Positions 38,201 to 50,053 of a stretch of DNA of 64,000 nt are shown piece by piece. Every line of letters starts with the position of its first letter. Position 1 is the stretch's first letter. The notes under the pieces are model-generated. The model ran no database searches. It was not told the DNA's origin and worked only from the letters and a program-made list of their open reading frames with translations. Source of the stretch: Thecamonas trahens ATCC 50062 (taxonomy: Eukaryota > Protista > Apusomonadida); assembly GCF_000142905.1 (NCBI RefSeq), contig NW_013657678.1:1-64000 (forward strand). Reading direction: 5' to 3'. Both the position numbers and the translations under genes were made by a program.

Positions 38201-39184
38201 CAAGTCTGTGTTGCTCACCGGCGCCACTGGCTTTCTTGGCCGCGCACTTCTGCTGTGCCTGCTGAATGACGCATCTGTAGCAACAGTGGTGGTCCTTGTT
38301 CGTGATCCGGGCCGGCTGGATCCGGCCGCCGCCTGCGATCCGCGTGTTGAGGTTCTGGTCGGCGATCTTGGCGAGGCGCAGCTTGGGCTTGATGACATCG
38401 CATGGGCTGCGCTTCTTGGACGCGACCTGACCGCAATTATCCACGCTGGGGCGGCTGTCAACATGGTTCTTGCGTACGAGGCGCTCCAGCGGATCAACGT
38501 TGGCGGAACCAAAACAATGGTGGGCGTGGCGGCGGCGACCAATGCGCGGCTGGTCCACGTCTCGTCGGTGGCGGCGCTGCCTGCGGCCGAGTTTGCGGCC
38601 GAGGGCTGGATCGCGCTCCCGAGCAGTGACGACATGGACAAGCTTGGCGGCTACGCTGCATCCAAGGTTGTTGCCGAGGCTGTTGTCCATGAGGCGTCGC
38701 AGGCCGGTCTTGACGTGGTTGTGGCTCGGTTGTCGTCGCTCTCGGCCGGGCCTGACGGGGTGGCCAATCCGGCGGATGTGCTGACGCACCTGCTTGAGCT
38801 GTGCAAGGAGATGGGGGTCGGCCCGCGCGGCGGGCTCTCGCTCGACTGGATGCCTGTAGACGTGGCGGCCCGGGTGGTTGTCGGCGCTGCGCTGATCGAG
38901 GGGGCGCCCTGCCGTCGCCGCCGACGTTGCATGTCGTCGGGCACGGTCCACCGCTGTACATGGCGCTCGATAGCGCCGGAGTCACCGAGCGGGCCGAGAC
39001 CAACACGTGGCGTGCAGCTGCGGAAGAGGCACTGGCGGCTCCAGGCCACCGATCAGCGGCTCTGCGCGGCCTGCTGACGCAAATGTCGTTTGCAAGCGGG
39101 AATCGCGGGCGTGTACCGTGTGCGCGGAGCCGGGCGTTTGCCGAGGACCAGCTGGGCGAGACGCAGTGGCCGGCCTGGGCTTAG
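35286..39184 (+). CDS. Carboxylic-acid-reductase-like A-T-R enzyme with N-terminal beta-strand module and ZZ-type zinc finger (apparent frameshift near 38910)
   Basis: A domain: FTSGSTGVPKG, YITGD, NGMLTATAK. Carrier domain: LGGDSL. Reductase domain: LTGATGFLG, IIHAGA.VN, NVGGT, GY..SK..AE. CxxC-CxxC-CxxC-H-H motif at 36072-36206. Confidence 0.88.
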
Positions 39185-39236
39185 TCAGAGGTGCCATCGA
39201 GTCGCCGCCCAGCGTCTGCGTCGAGGGAGGCAAGAT

Positions 39237-39282
39237 GGATCCTGCACCACGGGAGATTGGGATCCTGCACCACGGGAGATTG
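39237..39282. repeat. Perfect 23-bp tandem duplication (ggatcctgcaccacgggagattg x2)
   Basis: Direct observation. Confidence 0.9.
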
Positions 39283-39572
39283 CCGCATTGCGTTTGCTGC
39301 CGTCGCTTTCAATGACTGTGGCGACGATGGTGACGATGGCGACGCCAAAGACGCTCAGCGAGATAAAGCGCTACTTGCCAGTCTCGATGAGGAGGGGGGG
39401 GGGGGGGGGGGGGGCGAGATTTGCTTTTCTGTGACTCTGCAGCAATGTGATGAGGGTATGTGTTAGCGTCTGGCATCCGCCAGCTCAGCCACTCGCCCGC
39501 CGACCACCACTCGCCCGCCGACCGCCACTCGCCCGCCTGCGCCTGCCACTCGCCACTCGACTCGACAACGAC

Positions 39573-40471
39573 ATGAGCCTGCGACCTGTCCGTGCTCGCG
39601 AGCGAGACAAGGGAAAGAGCCAGGGCGCGCCGCTGTCGTCCGACACACAAAAGCTGCTACAGAAGATGATGGCCAAGTCGCGCTTGACGCCCGCCCAGAA
39701 GCGCAAGCTCAACACATCGTTACAGAGTACGCGCCACCGCCGGTTGGACAGGAGGAGATGAGGGCGCCAATGGCAAGCACTCACGTGGGGTGCACTGATC
39801 GCGGCGGGCGCGTGTATGCATATATACTTGTTTATATATATATATATGTGCGTGTGTGCGTGTGTGTGTGTGTGTGTGCGTGTGTGCGTGTGTGTGTGTG
39901 TGTGTGCTGATCGAGGGTGTTAGCGACTGGCACGCTGCCCAAGGATCTGCACGGGAGCGGCAAGGTGGTGCGCAAGCCGACACGCATCTCGAGGGAGATC
40001 AAGGGGAGGGTGCCGCTGCCGGCGAGGCCGACCATCCGGACGTCTGAGAGCATCCTGGCCACCGATCCGTATGCTGTGGATAAGTTTGTGCCAAAGCCGG
40101 CCAAGTACTCGTGTGAGGAGGAGAAAGCACGGCTGGCGGATGTGTTTGAGGACGTTGGGCGGCCGGTGCACGAGAAAAAGTACGGCGCGCAGGGGCGCAA
40201 GAACGCAGCGACGCGGAAGCGGGCCGAGGCACGGGCGCGGGCGCGGGCGGCAGCGGCGGCACGGGCTCCTCCGCCGGATCGCTTTGCTGATGTGCTGGCC
40301 GAGATCGAGGAGCGGAAGGCGTTCCTCGAGGAGATGACTGCGCTGGGCGCGCGCAAGGACTACGAGGCCATCATCCACTTCCAGATTGCACAGAAGATCG
40401 AGGAGCTGAAAGATATCGATGCCAAGCGGGCGGCGGCGGCCGAGGCCAAGTTTGGGAGCGGTTGGCTGTGA
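39573..40471 (+). CDS. UPF0193/EVG1 (C22orf23-like) protein (intron 39727-39923)
   Basis: TQ.LL..MM.KS.LT..Q.R.L N-terminus and RF..V..EIEER..FL.EM.ALG...Y...I..QI.Q.I.EL..ID C-terminus. Confidence 0.75.
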
Positions 40472-40572
40472 GCGGAGGGCACACGGGCAGCGGCGACCGA
40501 TGCCAAGCTTAGGACGGGGACCGCTCGTCGAGGCCAGGCCTGGTAGTGATCGGCTGCAAGCCGGGTTTACAA

Positions 40573-43376
40573 CTAGGCCTTGGCTAGAGCGCGCTTCTGT
40601 GAGCGGCGCTCCTTGTCACGCATGCGGCGAGTCGACTTCTTGTCGTAGGCGTTCTGGGCGCGCGACTTCTTGGAGCGCTCGGGCTTGAGGCCGGAGACCT
40701 TGCGCCTGGCGTTTTTCTCGTTGGCGACGCGCTGGAAGGCATTCTCGCGCTTGCCGGCGCCGATGGCCGACGCGGTGGCCGAGCCCTTGTCCTTCTTCAC
40801 CTTTCGCTTCTTGCCCATGTCGTAGAGGTCGTCGTCCTTGGACCGCTTGCGCTTCTTGAGCATGTCGCGCTCGGCCTGGAGCTTGAGGCGGTTGACCTCA
40901 CGAGCCATGGCTTGCGACGCCTCGTCGTCCTCCCAGCCCTGGGCATCCCACGCAAACTGCATCTCGGGCTTGCGATGAAGCTTGGCCTTGCTCGCGCTCT
41001 CATCTGGCGCCTCTTCTTCGGCGCGGCGGGCTTCGTCCCATGCGATGACCACAGCCTCACCTCGCGGCGCCGACCGCTTGCCCTTGCGGCTGCTCTTGGG
41101 AGTGGTGACAGGGACGGGATCCGGCAGCTCGTGCGTCTTGGGCGTCTTGGGTGTCTTGGGCGGCGACGGCGATGGCTGGTGCCTCACCGGTGGCTCGCCC
41201 GACGACTCTGAGCCCGAGTCTGCCGTCGTGTCAAGCTGCTGCTGTTGCCGGGCCTGCTCCTCCTTGCGGCGCCGGCGCTCCTGCAGACGCTTGATGGCCG
41301 GTCTCGCCTTGGCGCGGTCGATCTTGACGCCCATGCCAACGGCCGACGGGGTCGGTGAGTCGGTGACGATCCAGCTCTTCATGCCGCGCCGACGCTTGCG
41401 TGGGCTCGCTCCGGCGTCGGACGAGTCAAAGCCCGAGTCGGAGGCAGCGGCCGCAGCGGACTTTGCAGCAACGGCGGTCGCAGCAGCGAGGGCGCGGCGC
41501 TCCTTCTCGGCCTCGAGGGCGCGATAGGCAAGGGCCATGTCCGCCTGCTGCTTGGCAGCCTTCTTGGCGGCCTTCTTGGCGGCGCGCCGCTCCTTGCGCG
41601 AGAGCTTGCGCTTCTGCTGGACAGCGGGGGTCTTAGCCTTGGCTGACTTGTGCGAGGAGGAGCGCGGAAGGGTGCGGGCGGAGGCGCGACGGGCGGCGTG
41701 GCGTGCGGCCTTGGCGCGGCGCTTGTGGGTGGCGGCGGTGACGGCGTCGATGACGGCCGGCGAAAGGCGCTCGGCCTCGGTGGCGGTGTAAAAGAGGATG
41801 TACGCCTGCTGGGCGAGGACCGTCTTGATAGAGACCTGTTTGACGGAGCGGTCATTACAGAGGAACCACGACCCGTTGGGCGCGCGGACGTAGGCCACGT
41901 AGTGGCCGGACGAGATGGTGTGGCCGTGGTGGACGACGACGCCGGCGAGCGAGTACTGCTTGTAGCGCGGGAGCTCCGACGGCGGGACCGGCGGAGAGTT
42001 GACCATAAAGGCGTCAAGCGAGAGCTTGGGCGGAAAGGCGATGTGGTCGGCGTTCTTGCGCATCCCGCGGAAGCGCTTGAGGTGGCAGACGAGGACCGGC
42101 GGAGTGTTGAGCAGCTGGAGGGTCTTGACGGCGCGGACCGACTTGGTGCACTTACCGCAATAGTACTTGTTGTGCGCGTCGAGGGTCTCTGGCCGGGTGA
42201 ACTGCTTCAGCGCAGACTCTAGCGACCGGCAGCCGGCAATGTGGAGCGAGATGTCAAGGTACGGCTCCTTGGTCACGCTCAGGCGCTTGCACTGTGGGCA
42301 CTTGACCGACGACTGCAGATGGCCACCAAAGATGGCGTGCATGCCGGTCGTCTCCACCGCCGGGCCTGTCGGCCGCTGTCGGCGCCTCGCCGCCGCCGTC
42401 TCGATGTCCACGTCCGAGAGCTTGTCCACTACAAACCGCAGGAACTCGTGCGAGTCTTCCTGCCGGTGCTTGTGGAAGACCCGTCCGATGTGCCGTAGGT
42501 TGCGGTGAAGCGACTTGGGCGAGTACACCGCCTTCTTGCCCAAGAGCATGTTGCCCACCACCGTCCGCATCTGGCAGGCAAGGCAAAAGTCGCGGATCGG
42601 GCACTCCTCCTCCCGCGGGTGCGCGCCCATGACGAGGTACTGCGAAAAGGCAGGCAGATACGTGAGACACTGCAGCGTCGAGTTCATGTAGCACGTCACG
42701 CCAAAGTTGACCAGGCCGGTCCTCACGCCCGAGCGGCTCAGCTTCTCGTGCCACTCGAGCTCAAGCTCCGATCGCGGCACAATGTACTCGCTGCCCTCGG
42801 CAAAGAGCGGCTCTGACGATGACGACGACGCACCTGACTCGCCGCTCATCACCATAGCCACAGCCGAGCTCGTCATCTCTTCCCCACTCTCCTCGCCCGA
42901 CGACTCTTCGATGACCAGCTGCCGCCGGCCGGACAGCATGTTGAAGGAGAACTGAGACGGATCGAATCCTGCATCGATGCCACTCCGATCCTTCGACTTG
43001 TGCTTCCGCTTCCGCTTCCGCTTCCGCTTCCCCCGCTCTCGCCAGCCCTTGAGGCGTGGCCCGACCAGCGACTGTCACTTCCAGCCTGACTCTGCTCCAA
43101 CAGCAAGTTGTCCGCGACTGACAGTTCTTTGTTCTTGTTCGTCTTTGACTTGTTCTTGTCCTTCCTAGACTTGTCCTTGTTCTTCTTGGACTTGCTCTTC
43201 TTGCTTGATGCTGATGACGATGCTGATGATGACGATGGCTTGCCATTGACTACCGTGTAGCCAGCGCTCCTCGGGTCGAACAGCGCATTGCTCTTAGCCG
43301 CCTGGGTGAACTGAATCCTGTTCCGTGCCGCCTTTCCCACTCCTGTTGAGAGTCTCTCGTCCACGGCCTGAGACAT
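40573..43376 (-). CDS. USP36: Ubiquitin-specific protease, USP36/42-like (apparent frameshift in a G-run near 43030)
   Basis: Cys box GLVNFGVTCYMNSTLQCL, QEDSHEFL, His box GHYVAYV...W..CND, and basic C-terminal tail. Upstream ORF 43376 has an RIQF motif like the USP36 N-terminus. Confidence 0.88.
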
Positions 43377-43635
43377 GTCGCGTGACTCCTTGCTTGCTGT
43401 GGTGGGTCGTGGCGCGGTGGCGGTGGGGGATGATTGCCGCGGTGAGGTGTGGTGCGTCCCCTCGCGATTGGTGGATGGCGTGATGGGGGGGCGCCGACCA
43501 TTGGGCGAATGGGCGAACGGGCCGACAAGGCCGCGGCGGGGGAGGGGGGGGGGGGGAGGGGGAGTGGGAGGGGCGGTGCGAGATCAAGGGGATGGGTTTA
43601 AGGTGCACACCTGGGCGTGCGCGTGCCTACTTACT

Positions 43636-44839
43636 CTACTTCTTCTGGGTGAGGTAGAGGACGACGCCACCGGCGATGAGGGCAAAGATGAGGGCGAGAC
43701 ACATGGCCTTGCGACGGGCCTTGCGCTGGTAATTGTCGGCCTTGGTCAGCTCCTTGACGGCGCCATCGGTGTGGGCGACGGTGTTCTCGATGTGGTGCTC
43801 GATGTCGTGTAGTTGCTCGCCCTGCTCGTTGACGAGGGTCGAGAGGTCGCGGAAGATCTCGTTGACGTCCGAGATGGTGGCCTCGATCTCGGCAATGTCG
43901 TGCTCGCGCTCGGCGATGAGGACCTCGTTAAACTCGATGGTCGAGTCGAGGGTGATGGTCTGTTGCTGCGCAAGCAGCGGTTGCGTCTGATCGTCGGCGG
44001 TTGACGTACCCGCCGCGTCACCAAACGCCATGCTCTGCTTGGCCGTGTCGATGCTTCGCCGGTCCGCGTCCTTGATCCGCGTCTGCACCGCCGTAAATGC
44101 CGTCAGCTGCTTCTTGAGGTCAGAGCCGAGCTTCCGCTGCGTCACCGACCGCTGCTGGGTCTCTGCTGGCGACGACGTCGGTACCAGCGTGATCTGCTTC
44201 AGCAGCCGCCCGGCCTCGCGCGCCAGGTCACGCGTCCGCTCCGTCAGCGTCGTCATCCGCGCATGCATGTCCGGCGTCTCCCGCTTCGTCCCCAGCTGGT
44301 TCACCATCTTCTGCAGCGCCGCCACATTGTTTGAGATCTTGGTGATCGATGCCACCGCCTGGTTGTGCAGCTGATCATACTGCCCCTCCGCCACGTCGCC
44401 ATTACAGACCAAAGCCGCCACCGCCACCCGCCGCGTCCAAACGCCCCGCCCCGTCCGAGCGCCCCGTCCACCCGCCCCAACAAGCCACGCACACGCACAC
44501 ACATACACATTCACCTCGTGAGTCTATACCGCATGCCCATGGCGCACAGGCGGCCTTCCCCCCCCCCCCCCCCCCTTGGTTACGCGGAACCGGGCGGCCG
44601 CCACCCAGCGCCGTCAGCCGCTGATCGACTCGCACGTGACGGAGGGAACGGGCATGGGAGGGAGACACGCAAAGGGGGGAGGATTTGCTCGCCAAACATA
44701 CCTGCAGCGACGATGTGTTGCTCATGGAACCTGACGCCGCCATGCCCGATTGGTAGCCATAGCCCCCTTGCTGGCCTGACCCGCCGCCGCCACCAAGCAC
44801 CACCCGGCCCGTGCCCCTCTCCAAGTCGTCGAATGACAT
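43636..44839 (-). CDS. Endosomal Qa-SNARE, syntaxin-7/12/Pep12/SYP2-like (intron 44701-44380)
   Basis: MSFDDLERG start; Habc region (LGT.RET); SNARE motif DVNEIFRDLSTLVNEQGEQL..IE; C-terminal TM helix. Confidence 0.92.
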
Positions 44840-45690
44840 GCAATGAAATGGATTGAACGACGACGCAGATGCGAAGCCAAGTGTGCCTGTTGGCCACACG
44901 CTGGCAGTCGCGGACACGGCCACTCGGATGAGAGGAGCCAAGCATGGGCAATCATTGAATTGCAGGAAATGCATGTCTACTACTGAGCCAACAATGCTTG
45001 CTGTACTTGTGGGATACATGTATTGGCCACAGTATTGGGAGGACAATACCTTGGTTGATGTGTTCCTGCTCGATGGCTTTGCATCAGACAGCTATCGTCG
45101 CGCGCGTATCCTACGCCAAAGGTCTAGTCTCCCTCAATGTCGGCCTAGGTTTCGATGGCCTCGGGCTCTGACTGGCAACAACAGCAAGTCTCGAATCTCG
45201 AGTCACAATGGGCGGCAGTGCCGGGAGTATAAGCATCCTTTGCTGCCTTCTGATCTACGGGCTCCTCCGATCCCGTTGCTATGTTGTTCTCGCCACATCC
45301 CGATCTTTTCCACCCTCCACCTCGAATCCTACCCCCCAAGTCCGACACCATCAGCATGCAGCTATGGGACAGACCCATTGCTTTGGCCTCAAGACCCGCC
45401 CCCCTTGCTTGCCCCCCGGTCCACTCGCCTCTCGTGCGCACTTTCCCGCACGTGCTGCTGATTCCTGCCACCTCATCGTCATCGTCGTCATCTTCATCTT
45501 CGCACCCCTGATGGAGCACACTGCAGTAGAAGAGCAGCCGCCGCCGCGTATACGATCTTTACCCACCCCACCCGGTTCGCTTCATCGCTGCCAGTCGTCC
45601 GTCGCTCGACCTCGGCTTCCACGGCGACGGCGAGTCGCACACGCACCTGCCCACTCACGGCCACACACACGACTCAACCTCGCCGCGCTC

Positions 45691-46527
45691 ATGACTGCAA
45701 CGCTGTCCATTCTGGACCTCGTCCGCGCCTTCCGCCTCGTCCCGGGACCTCCATTCGACCTGGACGATCCGTCGCCTCTGGCGGCCTTTGCAGAGCGCCT
45801 GGTGGCCGAGCTGGAAGCGAGCATCGACGCCGGGCTCGTCGCCATGGACGCGCTCTACGCGGAAAAGGCGACTCAGCTCGCTCTGCTGGCCCGCGTGCTG
45901 GGCGATCGATTGCAGGCGGTATCGACGCTGCGGAGCGTGCTCGCTGATGGGCCATCCGAGCCGCCGGGTCCGAGCTGGCGGGTCGGCGCGGGTGTCACCC
46001 TCGCCGCGCTGCTTGTCGAGGGCGCCGACGGCGAGGGCGGCGATGTCGGCGATGCCGAGCTGGACGAGGCCCAGCAGGTGTTGGAGGCTACTGGCGCAGT
46101 CTGGACGCCTGATTCGGGCATTCCGCAGGCCGACATTGTATTTCTAGTCGGTATCGTCCTGGCTAAGCGTGGCGCGCTTGACGAGGCCCTTGTTCGCATG
46201 GACGAGGCTCTTGCTCTCGACAAGAGCCATGGCCCGGCAGCGGCTATTCGCGATCAGCTCCGCTGGGCCCTCACTGGCGAGCCTGCGCCCCCACCAGCGC
46301 CGCCGCCGCGGTCCAAGCTCTCACCGGAGGAGCGTGCTGTACGGCGAGCAGCGCGGCGAGCGGCGCGGGCTCCCGGCGCCAACTCGGACTTTCGCCGCAA
46401 CCTCGACGGCCTGGTCGCCTCGATCCGGCACGACATGGCCGAGGCGCAGCGGATAGCGGCTGTGGTCCAGGCAGCCGCAGACGAGCTCCGGGCGTCGGGC
46501 GCCGGCACCGGCGACGGCACAGAGTGA
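45691..46527 (+). CDS. Hypothetical helical protein with one TPR-like motif
   Basis: Host-like codon usage; FLVGIVLAKRGALDEALVRMDEALALD fits a TPR pattern. Confidence 0.6.
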   Translation: MTATLSILDLVRAFRLVPGPPFDLDDPSPLAAFAERLVAELEASIDAGLVAMDALYAEKATQLALLARVLGDRLQAVSTLRSVLADGPSEPPGPSWRVGAGVTLAALLVEGADGEGGDVGDAELDEAQQVLEATGAVWTPDSGIPQADIVFLVGIVLAKRGALDEALVRMDEALALDKSHGPAAAIRDQLRWALTGEPAPPPAPPPRSKLSPEERAVRRAARRAARAPGANSDFRRNLDGLVASIRHDMAEAQRIAAVVQAAADELRASGAGTGDGTE

Positions 46528-46540
46528 GAGACGGCTCGAT

Positions 46541-49471
46541 TTACTCGCTCGGCCCGGCCATCGACGCCGAGCCGAACCGCTGCCGGGTCGGCGAGCAAGT
46601 GACGCGGTCGGCCACCATGTGGGTGACCTCGAACAGCAGGTCTGGGTTCTGAATGAGCTCGGCAAACGAGGCGTGCGAACGAACCTGGTCGAGGTGCCCG
46701 GCGATGAAGGCGAGGCATGCTGCCTTGAGCGCGTGCGCCGATCGCGCGTCGGCCGCTAGCAGGATCCGTGTCACGTTGGCGAGCTCGATCCGCTGCCGCA
46801 GCTCGGCCATGCACATGAACTTGAGCCGCGGGAGGAGGCACAGGTCGGCAAACTCGAGCAGCGAGACCATGACGTCGAGCCCGAGCCCGTGCTGCAGCGT
46901 GTCAAGGTACATGAACTGTAGCATGACTGCAAACGCATTCGGCGCCATCGTCGTAAACAGCACCTCGGTCTTGCCCGACTCGGTCTCGGCCGCGCTCGCG
47001 GTCTCCACCGACTCGAGAAACTCCATGATCGGCGCCTCGAGCGCCTCTTCCTCTTCGTCTGCAGCATCAGCGCCAACAGACGACGAGAGCAGCGGCGCAG
47101 GCGTGTGGACGTGCGCTGCAAAGACTGGGTCAAACAGCGACGCGTGCTCTGGCACGGTGCCGAGGCTGCCAAGCCCGGCTCGCTCGCCGTCAAATAGCGG
47201 CCGCCGCCACCCACCTCCGCCGCCACCACCGTCGGTTCCGGTTGTCCCTGTGCCAGACACAAACTCGACCGATGAGCCCGACGAGGCGCCAAAGCCGATC
47301 GCAGACGCTCCAAGCTCGGCCGACGACTCGGCCGACACCCACTCGCCACGCCCGCCATCGTCGTCGAGCGTGACCTCTGCCGCACTCGCCTTGGCCTTGG
47401 CCTTCTTGGCCTTCCCCTTCCCTTGACCTTCTTCCCCTTCCCTTTGGCCTTCTTGGCCTTCTTGGTCTTGGCCTTCTTAGCTTTGCCCTTCTTCGCCTTT
47501 TCGCCTTGGCCTTGGCCTTGGCCTTGGACTTTGCGCCAGCCTTGGAAGACTTGGCCTTGGTGAGTCCAGGCGGGCGCGGCTCCCACATGGCATCGTCGAG
47601 CGCGTCCGACGACGACGAAATCGAGGTCGCTGAGAGCAGCGAGCGCGCCGATGGCGGCGCCCACGCGTCACGATACGCCGCCATCGGATCGTCGACCGAG
47701 GCCTCGGCCACCCCGCGCGCGAGTTGGTGGACCACTGCCCGCAGCTTGGCCTGCAGCTTGGCCACCGCCGCTGTCGACGAAGCTTCGGCCAGCTCAAACA
47801 GGTACGAGAAGACTGGTGACCGCGCGCCGAGCACCACACGGTGGGCCGGAAACGACCGCCCACCAGCGCGGAGGATGACGTCGGCCCATGCGCCGGAGAG
47901 CAGCATGGCGGTCAGGTCAAAGGCGAGCGACGATGGCGGGACCACAATCGGGTCGATCCAGATGGCGTAAGCGTCGTTGAGAAAGGCGAGCTTTTTGTCG
48001 ACGGCATGGTCCGAGTACCCGCCAAACACCAGCATCGACTGCGACGACGTCATGACCGCTGTGTGGTAGTAACGGCCCGACGGAGTGTGCCCGCGGCAGA
48101 TGAGCCGTGCCCACTCGTGCTGGCCCGTCTTGGTCACGTCAAATGAGAACCGGAACAGATCCGAGCACGTCCCGTCCTTGTCGACGCCGCCAAACACATA
48201 CATGTACCCGCCCTGGACAAGCGTCGAGTGACCGAACCGCCGCGTCGGCACGTCGCCGACCACGTCGCGCTTGGACCAGGTCGACGTCGCGAGGTCAAAG
48301 CAGTACACGTCGTTGACAATCATCTTGCCGTCACGTCCACCAAACAGCCAGAACTTGTCCGCCGCCACTACCATGGTGTGCGCCGAAAGTCGCGGACAGG
48401 GCCTTTTGTCAGCACAATCCGCCACTCGCAACTCGCCACCTCGAACCGGTACATCAGCGCCGACCGCTGGCCGTAGCCGCCAAACAGGTAGAGAAACTTG
48501 GAGGAGACTCCGGCGCCGCTCACCGACGCGCCCTGTGCCGACGAGACCGATGATCCAGACGCTGCTCGCGACCGAGTCCGGCTAACCGGCTCGTCGGCCG
48601 CCGACGCCGGCGAGCCTGTTCGCGGCGATGCCGGCGAGTCCGACTCGCCGAGCGCCGCGCCGCTCACCACAGGCGACGGCGGGGTGGCGCGGTCGAACGA
48701 GGCAGCACCTGGCCCGGGCTCGGGCACCTCGCGCGCCACCCTTGCCGCCATCCCGGGAATGTCCACTGCTGAAGACACGCTCCGCATGGCCGACTTGGAG
48801 GCGGCAGCAGCAGCGACGGCCGTCGCCAGCGCCACATCGGGTGTCTCCAGGTCGAGTGGCGCGAGCAGCTCCATCGAGCCGCGCGGCCACTCGTACGCCA
48901 CCAGCGTTGCGTTGTGCCGGCCGTGCGGGAGGTGGCCCGTCGCCTTGATCCGCTTCCACTTGAGGGTGCGGAAGGAGAACCGCCAGAGATCGTCACAGAA
49001 CTCGGGCGCCGATGCCGACGAGTCGGCCACATGCAAGCCGCCAAAGATGTACATGGACTCGCCATCGACCAGCGACGCGTGGTAGAACCGCGGCGAGGGC
49101 ACCGATCGCGAGGCGTAGGTTATGGGCGTCCACTTGCAGGCCTCAAGCGAGTAGGCATGCATGTCATTGAGCGTCCCGACTTCCGAGTTGAAGCCACCAA
49201 AGACAAACATGTGTCCGGCGTAGAGCGCCGATGAGTGACCATATCTTCCCGATGGCATATGCGATCCGACGACCATGACTTGAGCCCACGAGTTGCTCTG
49301 CTTGGCTTCCACAAACAAGCCCTGCGTCCGCAGCGATGATGAAAATGGAGAGTATGGATAGTTCTGCGTCACAGGCGCAGCAGCGGCGGCTGCCGAAGAA
49401 GACGAGACGGTGCCACGGCCACGGGAGAAGCCCAAGGCGAGCGACTTGCGCTTCTTGCTCCGCTTGTCCAT
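46541..49471 (-). CDS. Kelch-repeat plus BTB domain protein (LZTR1-like); apparent frameshifts near 48400 and 47420-47480
   Basis: Repeated P..R..H....MY.FGG Kelch motifs; DV.L..GG..F.AHRVVL.ARSPVF BTB start; F..MLQFMY.D...LL..AD...L..LK..C BTB/BACK end. Confidence 0.82.
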
Positions 49472-49739
49472 ACTCACCCTCTTTCACACCCACCCACGCC
49501 TTCTCTGTCTCTCTGTCTCTGTATTGTTCTCCCCCTTGCCTCTTCACCTCGCTTGCTGCCTGTGCTTGCTCTCGTCTGCGTGAGTGCGGTGAGCCGCTGT
49601 GTTCCTCCTGTCGCTTGGCTTGCTTTCGGCAATGCGAATCCTGTCGTGGCACATCATCGTGCCGTGGCAGGGCAGGGCGAGTGAGATCAAGAGGCTCTCT
49701 CTGTCTCTCTTGCCTGCTTGGGGGGAATCAGATTCCATG

Positions 49740-49827
49740 ACGTGATGGCAATGATGATGACCATGATGATGATGATGATGATGTTGATGATGATGGTGAT
49801 GATGACCATGACCATGACCATGATGAC
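49740..49827. repeat. (TGA)n / (CATGAC)n microsatellite cluster
   Basis: Direct observation. Confidence 0.85.
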
Positions 49828-50053
49828 CGGAAGGCAAAAAAGGGGGGTACAGTGGAGCGTAGGCCGCGCGAGTGACCGACGCACGCAATGACCGAGATCT
49901 GGTCGTTCTGAGAGACCCAAGGGGTGACATACAGCGCACTTGAGGCCACAAACTACCTGCCGTTGGTTGACAAGCCATGGCTGGCAGGGGGGGGGGGGGG
50001 GGCGGACTGGCATTTAATCATCTCGGACACGTGGATCACGACGCAAAGGAGAG

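Noticed and set aside
39237-39282. CRISPR-like direct repeat
   Set aside because: Only two abutting copies, no spacers, eukaryotic context.
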